A stretch of DNA of 63,723 nucleotides, filler included, from Choristocarpus tenellus KU-1152 (GCA_964200185.2; 9 parts of 9 records of this genome joined end to end with filler, not necessarily neighbours in it), one strand, 5' to 3'; numbered from the whole stretch's first letter, positions 38,894-56,478 are shown. Made by a program: numbers and translations. Notes: a model not told the origin generated them from the sequence alone.

Positions 38894-39400
38894 CACGAAG
38901 AAAAAACTTTTTTCCTACTTTATTCTTGAGCAGAGGACATCCTGTTTCCCCTCAAGTTAGATAGGTCTGTTAGTTGCCTCTTTGGTGCTGGGGATTGCAC
39001 CAGAACGATCATTGACCCACCTTTATACCTGTGCCGGTGTTGGTGTACCTAAAGTAGGGCTAGCATGAGAAAGAAAACCCGTGCTCTCTTCATGCAGCTG
39101 TCTTACAAAGTGTAACAGGTACTCTCATAGAATATATATTACTGATTAATTCTTGGTGTTTAATTCGCTATCAATAGTTGGTGCAATCCACAACAAGGCA
39201 ACAGCTTTCCTGCATCTTATTGGATGGGCCTGCCTTACCATACAAGCATACCCTTAGCCTTTATTAACTTGCAACTTGTGATACCCACGGTATGCTATAT
39301 GCTCTTTGAGTGAAACGCATAGGGTTCCTACTTCTGAAAAATATTCTGCTCAAGGAATCTACGGTAGAAGAGGACGATGTTCATGACATCATGAACTTAC

Positions 39401-39860
39401 CCAGGAACCTGTAGCCCTTTGGAGCGGCGCTGAGCTCACGAATATTTCTTTTCTTGTCTGTCCGTTTGATTGATCTCCAGTCCCCCTGTCCTCAACGAAG
39501 ATTGAGAGCTCTCTACACAATGAGATGGGTCTGAGGTACAATAATACGATATTTGGAGTTTTGGTAATCCTTAATACACTCAACCACTATTGAAATAGTA
39601 GAAGCATGGCAGCTTCTTACCCAAGGTCTCGTTCAGCAGGGGGTTTGCTTTGCACCCAAGAGTTGACACACTGAAATATATGAACGGTCTATAACAATTG
39701 CAACCCATTCATCAGGCTTGGCGATTTAATGCCATTTTGTATATCTACTGTGGATAAGAATACATTGTCAATTTGCGGTATGGGATCCAATCGCCTTTCA
39801 AATAGCTGCTCCATCTTTTTGTTACGCACTTTACTCTGTATGTTCCATGATGCCTGACTT
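39401..39860 (-). CDS. Candidate internal exons of an unknown gene
   Basis: Splice-site-bounded frames ASWNIQSKVRNKKMEQLFERRLDPIPQIDN | CVNSWVQSKPPAERDLG; gtaag donors near 39620 and 39400. Confidence 0.3.
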
Positions 39861-40044
39861 CAGCGGAAGTGTGGTCTGTAAAAACTGATATCATTGCAGC
39901 AGCAGTGCATATGCACAACAGAATTTCTCTTTCTCTCTTTCAATAATGTGTCTACTTAGTAACTGATGACAAAATTTAAGCATTTGCGATGTTCATAATG
40001 ACATTAATTTCATCAGTGATAGTTGCAGCACTTGTCATAGTACT

Positions 40045-40293
40045 GAGTCAAAGCATTAATGAGGGTAGGGCTGCGTCCGTTTGGGTTACATAATCCAATG
40101 CTGCGATTTCGACGTAATTTGGCGATTATGTTTGTTACGAAGTGTCAATATTCTTGCTCCAGACACACCTTTCATAGTCTTACACATTTTCCCTACTATG
40201 AAATATTTTTTTAACCGAAAAAGGGCATAGGAAAGTCAAGCCCAGAACAGACAAACAGGGCAAAACTTCTACCCTCTTACATGCTTTGGGTCC
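40045..40293. mobile_element. MITE family D, diverged copy, TSD ACT
   Basis: Colinear with 27596-27850 and 57628-57882; ACT on both flanks. Confidence 0.82.
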
Positions 40294-40323
40294 ACTAAAG
40301 AGAAGAATGTGAATGAAAAAATT

Positions 40324-40615
40324 GGCTCAAAGTATCTGGGGGGGGGAACGGGNNNNNNNNNNNNNNNNNNNNNNNNNNNNNNNNNNNNNNNNNNNNTTAA
40401 TTAATTAANNNNNNNNNNNNNNNNNNNNNNNNNNNNNNNNNNNNNNNNNNNNGGAGGGGGGGGGGGGTCTACACCAGGTTGTCCATTTTGACCAAAATCA
40501 GGAAAGTGCATTTACAGTATCTATCCGACGTATGCAATCAAACAACCCAAAAATCGCGACATACAAAAATTGACCCCAAAGGACAGCCGCCACCCCCTCC
40601 CACATACTTTAAGCC
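40324..40615. mobile_element. MITE family E, with one end on each side of the assembly gap
   Basis: GGCTCAAAGTATCTGGGG before the gap; GGGTCTACACCAGG...CATACTTTAAGCC after it. Confidence 0.78.
40353..40452. other. Artificial assembly linker
   Basis: N44-TTAATTAATTAA-N44. Confidence 0.98.
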
Positions 40616-41726
40616 ACTGCTTATGTTGCATATCATGTATACTCATAATATACATTTTCGAGGCACTCAAATTATGTCATGAATGGTGGCAAACAAGCAG
40701 AGCAAAGCAGGTACTTATAACATTGTCCCTCGGGGAGAAAGTCCCTGATAGAGAAAATTTCTCAGGATGTTTGACAGTGGGTGGCCTGGGGGTAAGGAGG
40801 GGAGTTCATCACATGTGCGTTCCAAACTCCTCATCTGTGGGACCTCCAGAGATGGGCAGAGCAGAGGTGAAACATTACTCAAATTAAATGCCTGTGTTGT
40901 GGAATCTTGTAAGCTCAGTCAAGCACCACCATTGTGGCATGATACAGTCCCAAGCATGCCCAGTTGTGTCCTTGATGGTGCTCTTTGGTTGATTCAGGTA
41001 GCAGATTGTGTGTAATCCACAACATTGTGAGTGAGTGAGTGATATCGACACATGAGAGTGAGAGTATTGATTGTCAAAAAACCCAATCAAGATAGGGTGG
41101 GGGGTTGTGGTGGATGCAAGGCAAATTAATTCGATTGACTCAATGCACCATACAGGCTACTCTTTGGTGGAAATAATAAACATTAAATAATACTTTTGTA
41201 ACATGTCCCCTACTTGCCCATTTCACGATAAATGCTACCTCGAGTAATCCGGACTACTTCAAAGTGTTAATCTTGGCTTGGCGCACTGCCGACAATAACT
41301 ACTGAAGTAAATATTAGTCGAAGTCAGTTCACACATATATGTACCAATGCTCAAAAGCACCATGCAGCTCCCTACCTATTGGGCCAACAAAAATTACAAG
41401 CACTTCTGAGCAACTGTTTTGATCCGTCTCCCCACTGACTTGCAACTACTATTCATGGCAGTACAGCTGGCTCTCAATATCCAAAACCGCAATCCCAAAA
41501 CCTCATTTGATGCAACACCTTGGCACAGTCGTTGGGCACACTTCAGGGGTATCTCACTCATGGCGAAAAAAAACATTTCATGCAGTTTTATTGAATATAT
41601 ACACACAAGGTGGAAACTCCTAGCACCCATCGCCATAGCCATATTCCCACTCCCATCCCCACAGTCTCATACATAGCAGTACATAAATTCCTCTTGATCC
41701 TGCTGTTAGTGATGTTTCTATTGGTG

Positions 41727-44341
41727 TCATCCTTGCCGGTTGGCCATTGCCATGGCAGTGTACTTGAGCCCCCCCGTTTCTTGCATATACTTCGCCTTTC
41801 TCGATTCAGCCTCTTTCTTCTGCTGCTGTAGCTCAATGGAACGTTTTGCAAAGTGCTTCTGTTTTTGTGCCTGCTCCTTTACCCTGTCCTTAACACTCTT
41901 ATGTGCTATGCTTGCCTGAGGATTACGCCTAAGGTCCTCCACTAAGCCTGTTAGGGCTGACACCTGGTACAACAGCGAAGAAAAAACTAAAAGTAAGTCA
42001 CAGTCATGAGAACATGCAAAAGATCAGGATCATTCTTGACTTGGAAAGGTGCCAGTATCTGTGCCTCCTTTGTTGTCGAGGGATGGGATACAAGTAACTT
42101 TAGATAACCAGGGGACACACAATAGTGTGTCACAATTTCCGGGGTGTTTCCTTCTATTAGCACTGCCTTCAAATAAAGAACATGACTCCGAAGCAATGTA
42201 TATTCTTGCACTATGAATTGCTGAAATGCAACAGCCTTTAAGCAGCATGCTATATCAATAAGTTGCTTCAGGCAACGTGTTGAACATGGAACAGTCCCTG
42301 CCCCAACTTAGCACAACAGAATGAATCCTGACCGGTTTGAACATACCACCAATTTGCTTCATTTGGGCCGTTTGTTGTAATCACCAACAGGCATATGCAG
42401 TATTGTTGATCGCAGTTCAGAGCGTTGCAGGGATATATCATCATGTTTTCAAGCAAACCAGTAGAAAAAAAAGAAATTTTGAGTTTCCGGACTTGCAGAC
42501 TCTATTTCTTGTGCTCTCCTCACCCATATTGTGGGCACAAGAGGCCCGTCAAATACGTTTTGCTTCTTTTTCATCCTGTCAAACTATATATATTGAGAGT
42601 TGGTGCTACAGCATTCTAAATGCAACGGTTTGAGGCTTGATTCTTAGGAGATACCATGTACAGTGCATGTAACTCCTGCACACACACAGGGTACTTGCTC
42701 TCTGGGACAAAGTACAGCTTACACATCATGCACCACAGTAGCCACTATATATACTTCAGTATACATTGATAGCACTTGCACTGGGTGGTAGAATATTGTG
42801 GGTGGCACAACAAAAAATCATGCTTGGGGCAATCTAAGCAGCAAACGTACCCACTCATTCCTAGTTGCTTCTTCCTCAGCCTCCAGTTCCAGCAAGAGAT
42901 CCCCAGTGCGTGATGACAGCATCAGGCTTGCTCGTCCTGTGCCCAAATGACAGCAAGAGAGGCATGATATTAATTGTTGCGACATAGGCATAGAAACAAG
43001 CTCAAATTGATAGGGGAGGCATCAACCAAATGCGCAGCCTGCCCTGGGCTTCAATAACAGTGCCCACATGCCATCACCAAGGATCCGCGATAGCGAATCT
43101 GTCATGTTCTCCATGCTTAATCCCTTGTTGTCTCCAGGTTTTGTTTAACGACTTGTGCTGGGAGACATTGTGTGAATGGCCAGTCCTACTACTTTCACGT
43201 GGGAGGAGAAAAAAAGCAAAGTTGAAGCAAGCAATACCAAAATGCCACACCTAGAACCTCCGAACGGTTGGGTCCGAGGGACAATCCACTACATCCATAC
43301 CTACCTGTAACCTGAACAGTTCCTTCCCATCCTTTCGATATCGAAGGTCCCTTGCCACCTCTCTTGATATAGGATCTGAAGGAAAACACCAGGCTACTTG
43401 CTCCGAATATAGCGCTGTAAGATCAAAACACATCCCATGGCCGATATGAACCCCACCCTTTCCACACAGATCATGTAAACCCGTTACACGGTTGTCGGCC
43501 CCACCATCTTAAGTGGCTCTCTAGGACTTCGGCCCAGTCTGCCCTGCCTCCATTCACTTATGCTAAAACTCGCAGCTATATCTAGCATATTCCCTCTAAT
43601 GCTCGGCTCGCAGGTTGTGTTATCTAGCGCTTTCACGGCGTGGAGTCCTCGTCTTCCTAAGTTAGAACCGAGGGTGTACTACATAAAACAAACGCATTGA
43701 GGAGTGAAACCGTACCAGAAAATCGGGTCAATTCATTGGTCAAAGTGGCCTGCTTATGAAGTCACTTTCAAATGCACTTTTCCCCTTTGGTGACAGCGCC
43801 CGCCCATTATCCAGGACACAATCATGATTACCTTTGGCTTCCACTGTTTTGACGTCATTGAGGTCGACCTCATGGTAAGAGCTATCTCCATCTTTCCTCC
43901 ACATCAGGACACTATCAGCACCTTCTTTAAGCTTGACCTCTACCCGTTCGCTGCCAATCCCAAAACCAAACGTAAACGTCCGCCTCCTAAATTTGCAACC
44001 TGGGCAATTCAATGGGTAGGATATAGGGCTCACGTTGTTGAATGGACTAGGTGTACTCATCCAGTGTCGACATGTATCCACATCGAATAGCGACGAATAG
44101 CACTGGTTGTCAACAAGGCTGCACCTACGATAGAAATCCGATTTGAGCAACCAAATTACTTTGCCAGGCAAGAAAACTGGCCAAGAACCGACAAGAACAT
44201 CTCACCTTCTCTGATAAGTTGTTTGTAGATACGGAGGCGACCCTGCTCAGTCCTCCTCTTGAAGAAGTTTACAAAGCATGGGCATATCGCCAAGAACCCG
44301 TACGAGTCATTCTGCTCATCTGTCGATTGAGAACTAGACAT
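41727..44341 (-). CDS. PH-like domain and coiled-coil protein; exons 44341-44206, probable small exon ~44125-44082, 43986-43832, 42936-42851, 41963-41727
   Basis: Spliced HEVDLNDVKTVEAKG|RASLMLSSRTGDLLLELEAEEEATRNEW|VSALTGLV has the PH C-terminal signature (A...R..W..AL), followed by a charged coiled coil. The last three exons are in phase; the small exon is inferred to restore phase. Confidence 0.75.
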
Positions 44342-44489
44342 GGTCAAGTACCAAGGAAAGTAGTCAAATGTGTTTACCTTGTCCTTGAACGGGTTTCGTA
44401 ATACAGTTGTGGCGTCGCACAAAGAGTATTTGTAATATTGTCTAGATATATTATACAACATGGGTAGGTACAAAGATCATCTGGTCTTC

Positions 44490-44611
44490 ATTTGACTCAA
44501 TACGGGAAGCTTACCAAGCCGAGACAATATGTTATATTGAGAGCTCTACCTTGCTCCTACTGGTGGTGATGCATGGCCGTTCTTGATTTGACGGAGTGAT
44601 TTTTCTGATTA
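44490..44611 (+). pseudogene. Degenerate 18S rRNA fragment
   Basis: ATTTGACTCAATACGGGAAGCTTACCA...ATTGAGAGCTCT...GGTGGTGATGCATGGCCGTTCTT...GGAGTGATTTTTCTGATTA is colinear with conserved eukaryotic SSU blocks (ATTTGACTCAACACGGG; ATTGAGAGCTCTTTC; GGTGGTGCATGGCCGTTCTTAG). Confidence 0.88.
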
Positions 44612-44700
44612 TCAAGACAGCAAATACACTCATTTGATCCCTTGATCACACCTTTCCCATAGTCGTTTAAGGATCTACCTAAATTAGTTGGTCTGTCGAG

Positions 44701-48684
<3,984 letters not shown>

Positions 48685-50366
48685 TGCCGTACAGGAGAAC
48701 TGGGGGGTAATTGGTGCACAAAGAGTGCTATATGTGGCAGCTAGAATTGGGGGGGTGAGAGCTGGACTCATCATCTCTATATGTATATGTGTGTTTCTCC
48801 TTTCAACACATGGAATGAGATGTATTGTGCTATTGAGTGTCGATTGGGAGATATTTCATGTATGTGCACACATCATGTCATGGACTCTTAGACCGTTTGA
48901 ACATGTGTGTTAACTGAGAATAGATGTTGGTCGACTCCTTGGTGACTGAGGCTTGCTTTGAATATTTTGTGGGACATGAGACAGCTCATACCAATTCTGG
49001 GGCAACTGAATAGGTTGCCCAGGTTGAGACCCCAGTACAATAGCTGTTTCTTTACTTAGGAATGTTTTTTAAAGGTATGAGCGGTTCCTTGCCTCCTTTA
49101 CCAAGTTTTTGCCAGAGGCAAACAAAAGAACCCATTGCACACAACTTGAGGTCGGTCAGCTTGAGAAAACTACTACAGCAATGCTCCTGTTTGGAGTGTT
49201 GTGTAATGTATTTGGCTCAAGTTTGTTCTTGGAAGAAATTTTCCCTTGCTGATTTCATCCCAGTCAAGGTATCAGAAGTTCTGCTCTCCTAAGCAATGTG
49301 TGATAAGGCAGTGTTCTCCCCAAATTGCAGTACTTGGGTGTGATGTATTTCACAAGTGCTTCGTAAGTAGATGGCGTGTTGAACAATCCCCCCAGGTACA
49401 GTATTACCTTTGACTTGCAAATCCTCTTCCCTTGTCCTGGTCATGGCCATGGCCCAGATCAACATTATTCCCTTCTTATGGTGTGTTGTACAATGTGATC
49501 AACTATGCTCCATTTTTGTCAAACTCCTAATCTGGACATGTCTATTTTTGTCCCTAGAAGGGTGAGTAGTTGCACACATGGAAGGAAAGAGTATGATCAC
49601 CAGGAGAAGGAAACAGGACGACTATTTGAAGTATCTAGATTGTTTACATTGATTGAAGTAGGGTGGAGTATGCATTCGATCAATATATAAGGATGTATAT
49701 ATATGATGTAATGTGGATCATGATATGCCACTCTGTGTCATATTTGTATCTTTGTACCTTCAAACCCAATGTATGGTAATACATGTAGACAATGTACTCA
49801 AGACGAGCCAAATCAATTGATAAGTAGGTAGGTTTGGACCCTTTTGCATCCTAAACCATCTTTAATACCCTGTGCAATGCAGACTATTTCATTGCTTTAT
49901 GTGCAAAACGATAGTAGCCCCTCTTTCCATACATGAAGTGGCACAAGAACTAAGCAAGGCTATTTCTGCAATTGTACAAAAGGGCGTCTTTTTTATTTTC
50001 TCAGGATCCTTAAAATTAAACCCTGTCTACATCTTCATTGGTTCAACTCTGATTTAGAATATAGGTGTTTTAATTTGGATCTAACAGTGGGTTCACACTC
50101 ACTGTGACACATAGTGGAAGAAACTCATTATCCAAAGTGGTCGAGTAACCAGAATATGAGTTCATCACCTAATACGTATGTTACTTTCACCTTGGTGAAA
50201 CGGCCGTAGTAGGTAGCAGGACCAAGCTAGCTGTCCATACTAAACATAACATAGACCCATAGTATCCTAGAGGAGGTTCAGGCGTCCATTCAGGGCTGGT
50301 GTGAACCTGTAGTGATTTGCATGGCATTGGAGTGAACTTCTTGGATACAAACTTAGCAGCTTGGTT

Positions 50367-50410
50367 TGTGTGCTTTGCATGCGAGAGTTCGAATCTCACC
50401 GGTGTCGCCA
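50367..50410 (+). pseudogene. 3' half of tRNA-Ser (variable arm, T arm, acceptor strand, CCA); reads as an extended PBS on the minus strand
   Basis: TGTGTGCTTTGCATGCGAGAGTTCGAATCTCACCGGTGTCG-CCA resembles the 3' half of eukaryotic tRNA-Ser(GCT). No 5' half seen upstream. Confidence 0.8.
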
Positions 50411-50411
50411 A

Positions 50412-50774
50412 TGTGAATGGTGTGATTCTGTGGCGGCGTGGTTCCCTCAGGTAAGGGTGGCGAGAATCTCCAAGCAAGAAGACGGACCAGACGAACAAAG
50501 ACGAACCGTAACGGAGAAGACGAGGTTATGGTTACACAAGTGCAAGACTGAAATGACTTGCAGGAAAAAGTGGGGAACTGAGGAAGTTGGGTGGATCTCG
50601 ATTCGGATGGGTTTACATGGTTGAATTGAGTTTGGATTTTTTATTTGACATGGGAACGGAAGGAAATGTAAGAATATTTGGATGTATTGGTGCATAATAG
50701 ATACATGTGTTACATTATTATGATTTTGACATTTTGAAGATGTGTCAGAAAGAAACCAATGAAAACTATTCACA
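50412..50774 (-). mobile_element. 363-bp LTR (family C), 5' LTR of a truncated retrotransposon
   Basis: TGTGAAT...ATTCACA terminal inverted repeat. On the minus strand CA is followed by 1 nt and TGGCGACACCGG (PBS). Flanks GCCAA and TGTCA differ, so it is not a solo LTR with TSD. Confidence 0.78.
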
Positions 50775-52264
50775 TGTCAGTATAAGCCTCAAATATGTTG
50801 TACCACTGCCTTCCTGTGCCTCCAATCTACCTATTCCTCTACCCCAGGGTGAGGAGCTAGGGAGGCATCCCAAGAATCCTCTGTGCCCATCCCTGGTGAC
50901 TCCAGCTTAAAACGCATGACACGTCTAGACAGTGCCACTTGCGTAGTTACTGAGACAACTTAGTGTAGGCGAGATTTAACTGCTCCTTTCCTGCTATATC
51001 CTCCAGTTCCTCTCCCCCCCACCATGTGTGTAGCCAGATCATCCAGGAAGCATTCCGCTTGCTTGCCGAGGTGCCCAAAACTTTCCACCATGAAGGTGTT
51101 GAGGTTATAACTACAAGGATCAAAAGAGCCCTCGTAGTGGGTGCGCTATTACGCCTCGACTGCAGCAGCAGCTACACCATTGCCGGTGGATGAGTGTGTA
51201 AGATGGGAGGTTACCTGCACTGCTTCTGGAAATGTAACATCTAGCAGAAGACCTTTGTCTGGGTAGGGATATATATATATATATATATATTATATCATGC
51301 ATCATCTATCTGAGCTGTTAAAAAGTTGTACTTTCTCCCTTTCTAGGCTGAGAAGGCATGAGACTCGGATGACTTGGGGGTACAATATCATCATGAAAAG
51401 TCATGCGCATATTTTTAATGCCTACTTCAGTAATAAATACATGATATACTCCAGAGTATTGTACAGTATGTGGTACATACTATGCAGGCATACCCTCTGA
51501 CATTTGAAGTTATTTTTTGTGGAGACAACGATGTGACACGCGTCATTCATTATTCATCCAGAGTTTGAGAATCGAATGCCATGCCCCTCTTTCACTTTTT
51601 GCACGTGCCTGCTGCCTGGCATCGTTGGCACATCATACTGCCATGGTTATTTTGTGTCTCAAAAGCCTTGTGGGGATTACAAATATGTTTTGTAACATGA
51701 TCCTTAAAATTGAAATTATAAAAAATCTTTCTGGTTGAAGAAAACATATTTATTATGAGATTTCAGACTCGTTCCACTTACGCAGTACAATGGTTGGATA
51801 CGTATTACGTGTCGCAGTAACTTTGAATTAGTGCATGATGCAATTTGACGTTTTTTCAGACGCATGGAAAAATATCGAACAAATTCACCCTTAATTCCTT
51901 CCAAGTCTTACCCGCAGAGAATATACCAACACAGGATGTGCTAAACAGGGCTAGGTCGAGGTCCAGTCGGGCAATACTCTTCGACAGTCTTAGTTCAGCC
52001 ATGTCAACCAAAACTTTAGCCCGGACAGGTCCGTGGCCCAGTCTGGCTAGCAATCTCGGTTGCTCCAGTCTGTTCCTGCTAACCACAAATAAATACAACC
52101 TGTACCAGTTATATCCTCTAATGGTCCTAGATTGGTCTAGTTAATACCATTTTCACCAGGTTCAGTCCTGTCACACGCTGTCGGTCTGGCGTAAGGCTCG
52201 GATATTTTGTAGTTTACTCCAGTAGTAACAAATACGGAGTAATAAAAAAAAGAGCATTATTTGT

Positions 52265-55200
52265 CTATTTTAACTCTCTATCTGCGTGTAGTGCATTGCC
52301 ATCTATAGTACGTTCACTAATTGCTTCCAATATTTCCGCTATTTTTCTCATCATAAAAGCCCTAAATGTAAGCAAATGGTGTACTTCGAAGTATATATTC
52401 ACCATACACAACATTGATTGGCACACGAAATATACACATACATCATTTGTACCCAAGCATGGAAGAAGTGCTGGAACAGACCGTCTCAAGCCATCATTTG
52501 GTTACCTTGAGTCAAAGAAGTCCATTGCCAGAATCATTATTTTCTGTAACATGATGACACATGCATATACACATAATAGAGCACAATACTGCTCATGATA
52601 TCATCATCACTCAGAGTGAGGGAGGTACTGTGCCTCCACAACAACCGCTCAAACTCAGTCACCTCATCCTTCCACCAGATTGCCTTCCTATGGCGTTTGG
52701 GCCTATATTGGGACCAAAAATTCACTGTAATATTATATATTCACTCTTCTTCACATTACTCTGAGGGGTACCAACCCCGTGGTCAAAAGTAACCAGCTGA
52801 GAAACAACACGATAATACTCGAAAAAATACATTATATATATATAGAAACAAAAAATGAAGAAAAAGGAAGACCAGGTAGACACTACTACTCACTATCACT
52901 TGATAGTTGTGAGCAGATCACCATCTACACTGCCAGTCAGTATCGCCGAGGTCCTACGGGAATACAAGACTCAGGGTCACATCCAGTGCACCCACTCGAA
53001 CATCACTCATCACATACCACAAAAAAACGAGACGCACAACCTCTCCCCCTCAAGAACACAGAAAAAGCACTACTCAACAGGAAAAATAATAGTGTGTGGG
53101 TGTGCATTCTGCCTACTCTGCTTCATGTACTTGCCCTGGTTCCTGCTTTAGCAACACCATGCATCAACAATCACTGCCTCTCGCCCCACCACTTATCCAT
53201 GAAGCAATTGGTTTCATCAAACACACTTGCGTATTTTGCGCATGTCCCAATATTTTGCCCTTGTATACCACTTCTTGACTTTGGTCCCAATATAGCAGAA
53301 GCACATTTGATGCTACTCATTCCAAGAGCTCCGATTCTGACAACATATCTCCTTGTGAATAGATTGTAGTCTACGACCTGGTTAGAACAACCTGCCCACG
53401 ACTACTGACTACCAAGTAATATTGCATAGGAGTATTTGATCCAAACACCTTTTACCAATAACAAGAATACTCTAAATATACCTACAATCACCCGTACATT
53501 GCAGCAATAGTAGCTACTTACATGACATGTATGAACATCAAAATGTCCAAGCCGACAAAATTCATGAAGAAAAGCACTATCTTCCAACAGCGGGTTGATG
53601 GTGCGACAACATTAGGTCTATGACAGATCCAAGGCACATCAGGAAGTATTGCCTTCCTTTGCTAGGTTCCCTTAAAGGGGGCAGGGGCGACTAACAACAT
53701 ATGGAAGGGGTTCAAATTAACACTCAAATGCACCGTAGTCCATGCCAAAGCCTGGACATACTAAGCTCCTTGCCAGTCAGGCTGAAAGAATAACAACGTG
53801 TGAATAGACAGGACCTACAGCATTTCCACAGCACAAAACAGAAAAACAGTGCAACAGCTAGCTAGGACTAAAGCATAATCATAAAACAAAAGAGGAAGCA
53901 ATGAATATCGACCCAGGGACTAGGTAATGTAAATGACCTAGGAGTATACATTCAAATTTATGACCCCCGTGTGGTCATAAAGAAGTGTAATGCATTCAGG
54001 AGAGCGTATTTTCTACTAAACAAATGCAAAAGCTGATAATGACCTTTCTTGTGTAGGGATTGGCTCCCACCCTCTGCAGACCACTTGGCTCTTGGAAGAG
54101 AGCTTAATTAAACATTACCTTTCCTGCTGGAAATCTATCATTAAGGATGGGTCTCAATGGGAACTGGACAAATAGAGGTGGCACGCCTATGCAATTGGTT
54201 CTACAGTTTCCTCTGGGGATGGTTCACTCTCAATTGTCATTCCTGTAGGGTTTAGCAGCTCCTCAAGGTCCAGTTCCTGTAGAACAGTTTCGTGAGCCAT
54301 ACAAAGAGGATAAGAATCCAGGAGGTCATAGATAAGAGATGTATGAGGTCATGAGGTCAGGTGGTTAGAGGGAGCCTACACAACAGGAAGCGCACAGAGG
54401 TTGAGGCAATAGTCGAACATATTAGTAGTCCAAGGCAATTTGACATGCACCAACCTTCTTTATGAACTAATTCGAGATAGGAGTTTTAACTACCCTCCCT
54501 TAATACTCCATGACCTCCACCAGAAAGTACTCAGTGTCCCCTTGGCTGATGAAACAAAACACCTGCTACGTAGTTGTACAATATCCACAGTGATTGTTGC
54601 TCTGCCAAAATCAAGAATAAGTGTCAAGACACACACACACACACACAAACGCAGCCATGCCTCCCAAGTTTCCCCCTGCAGCCCTTGCTTCCTCTACTAT
54701 CAACCTGTTTTCCCATAACCTTTGTCACCTCTACGCTGTCAAACCCAATGTTGTCATCACTGCTGACACTGCTCGACAGTGCCCTCCCCCCTGACAACCC
54801 TGGTATCCCTTGGATCACCAGGGCATTTGCCTGGGTCCTCTGCACATCGATTCCACTTAACCTCAACCCTCCTTCCCAATTCCGTGCCTCCTGCCCCATC
54901 CCTCCAGTGGCGGACCCTGCAGGATGTGGAAACACACACACTGGACGAAGTATCCTCTGCCCGTCTTCTGTCCAGGCACTGGCCCACCCAACCACAGGCG
55001 AAACAACCCAAACTTGCCAGCCAGACCCAACAAGATCTTCACCATGCACCTCCGGATTCTTCGACAAGGCTTGCTTGGGTGATGACGATGCTACTCCTCC
55101 CTGGGAGAGGGGATCCAGGGAGTACGCAGCAGCGGCTGAGGAGCCTACATCTCGTTCTGGTGACTCATCTGGCAAAATAGTCCCTAAGGACTCAACAACT

Positions 55201-55997
55201 GTGGCTGCTCCTGATGGGAGCTGTGGTGGAGGTTGGGCTGTGTGTAGAACAGTCCCAAGAGGCAGTGCTGACACAACAAGTGGCGAGTCCAGGTGAGGTG
55301 ACACGCGGATATTTACTCTGCCCGAGCCCATGACAAAATATCTGGTTTGTACAGCGCATGGTGTGTAGCACACGGCATGGAATCAAGGGTTATTGCAAAG
55401 GGGAATCATTGGAGGAAACGTTTGGTCATGAAAGCTGTGTGGGTTCGTCATGGGTTGCAAAGTTACCAAGTCATCCAGAAAAAAATAGCCTTAGATAAAA
55501 TAAGTAGAAGTATCCTCTAGTCCCCAAGTCCCACACAACTGCTTCTCCACAGTGACACAAAGTCTGGCCAGCAGCTTGCATATGGATGACAAAATCGGAT
55601 CCTCTCCCCCCTCTTCAATGCCCTTTCTTCCATAAAGCAGAGGATATAGGAATAGAAGGAGAGGGAAGAGGATGAGTAGGGGACCTTATCCCAAATCAAA
55701 GTGGCACGATTGGCGACTTTTGAAAACCCTACAATTGTGCACAAACTATTTCAAGGTCACAAGCTTGTTTGCGGAAAAATTCAGCCTATCAAAACAAGAC
55801 TCATCATATGCTCACAAAGTTTAACATTTCAAATGCCTGTACCTCAGCTACCCACACCCCCACCCCTCAGTTCACATTTGCTAAAAAATACCAGCAATGC
55901 TATCAAGAGATCCTCACTTAGAAGAGACACGGATCTCCTCTGTCGGGCGATCCAGAATGGAAGGGTCCACACCGTTGCAAATAGCCTTCAAGGCAAC
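52265..55997 (-). CDS. Unknown multi-exon protein with SH3b-like segment; best exons 55997-55918, 55341-54729, 52543-52506, 52361-52265
   Basis: Phase-compatible junctions (SSK|YFVMG; DSR|AFMMR). VNIRVSPHLDSPLVVSALPLGTVL...VGWASAWTEDGQRIL resembles SH3b. Linkage of the 3' exons to the 5' exons is inferred. Confidence 0.5.
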
Positions 55998-56378
55998 CTG
56001 CCAAACACAGGGCAGAGGGAGATTGGAGTCCGCCAACAGATCCAGGGAAAGTAGGTTAACTGGGGGGGCGTGTACAGACATCCCTCTACACGTGCCTGGT
56101 CTGCTCTATCTACAGGTAAGCAAACCAGTCTATACTTGTAGAGTGGGCAGAGATAGGGAGGATAATGGACGAAGTCACAGTTGAAGAGATACATCCTCAG
56201 CACCAAAGAGTCGAAAAGAAAGAATCCAATCAGAAAGAACTCTTTGGTGTTTTGGTTCCAAGGGTAGAAAGAACTCATTGCAGTGATCAGAGGCCACGGG
56301 ACCAACATTCGTCCTCTTGCCTAGCTCAAACCCGTGGCAATCTCTCCCATGTTCACACTTCAGGTTCAACGGGGGGGG

Positions 56379-56478
56379 NNNNNNNNNNNNNNNNNNNNNN
56401 NNNNNNNNNNNNNNNNNNNNNNTTAATTAATTAANNNNNNNNNNNNNNNNNNNNNNNNNNNNNNNNNNNNNNNNNNNN
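56379..56478. other. Artificial assembly linker
   Basis: N44-TTAATTAATTAA-N44. Confidence 0.98.

Noticed and set aside
43251-43660. Extra exon candidates in the PH-like gene
   Set aside because: Direct joining of 43832 to 42936 is in phase and gives a compact PH-like sequence.
50367-50410. Functional tRNA-Ser gene
   Set aside because: No D arm, anticodon arm or 5' acceptor strand upstream; CCA is encoded and abuts an LTR.
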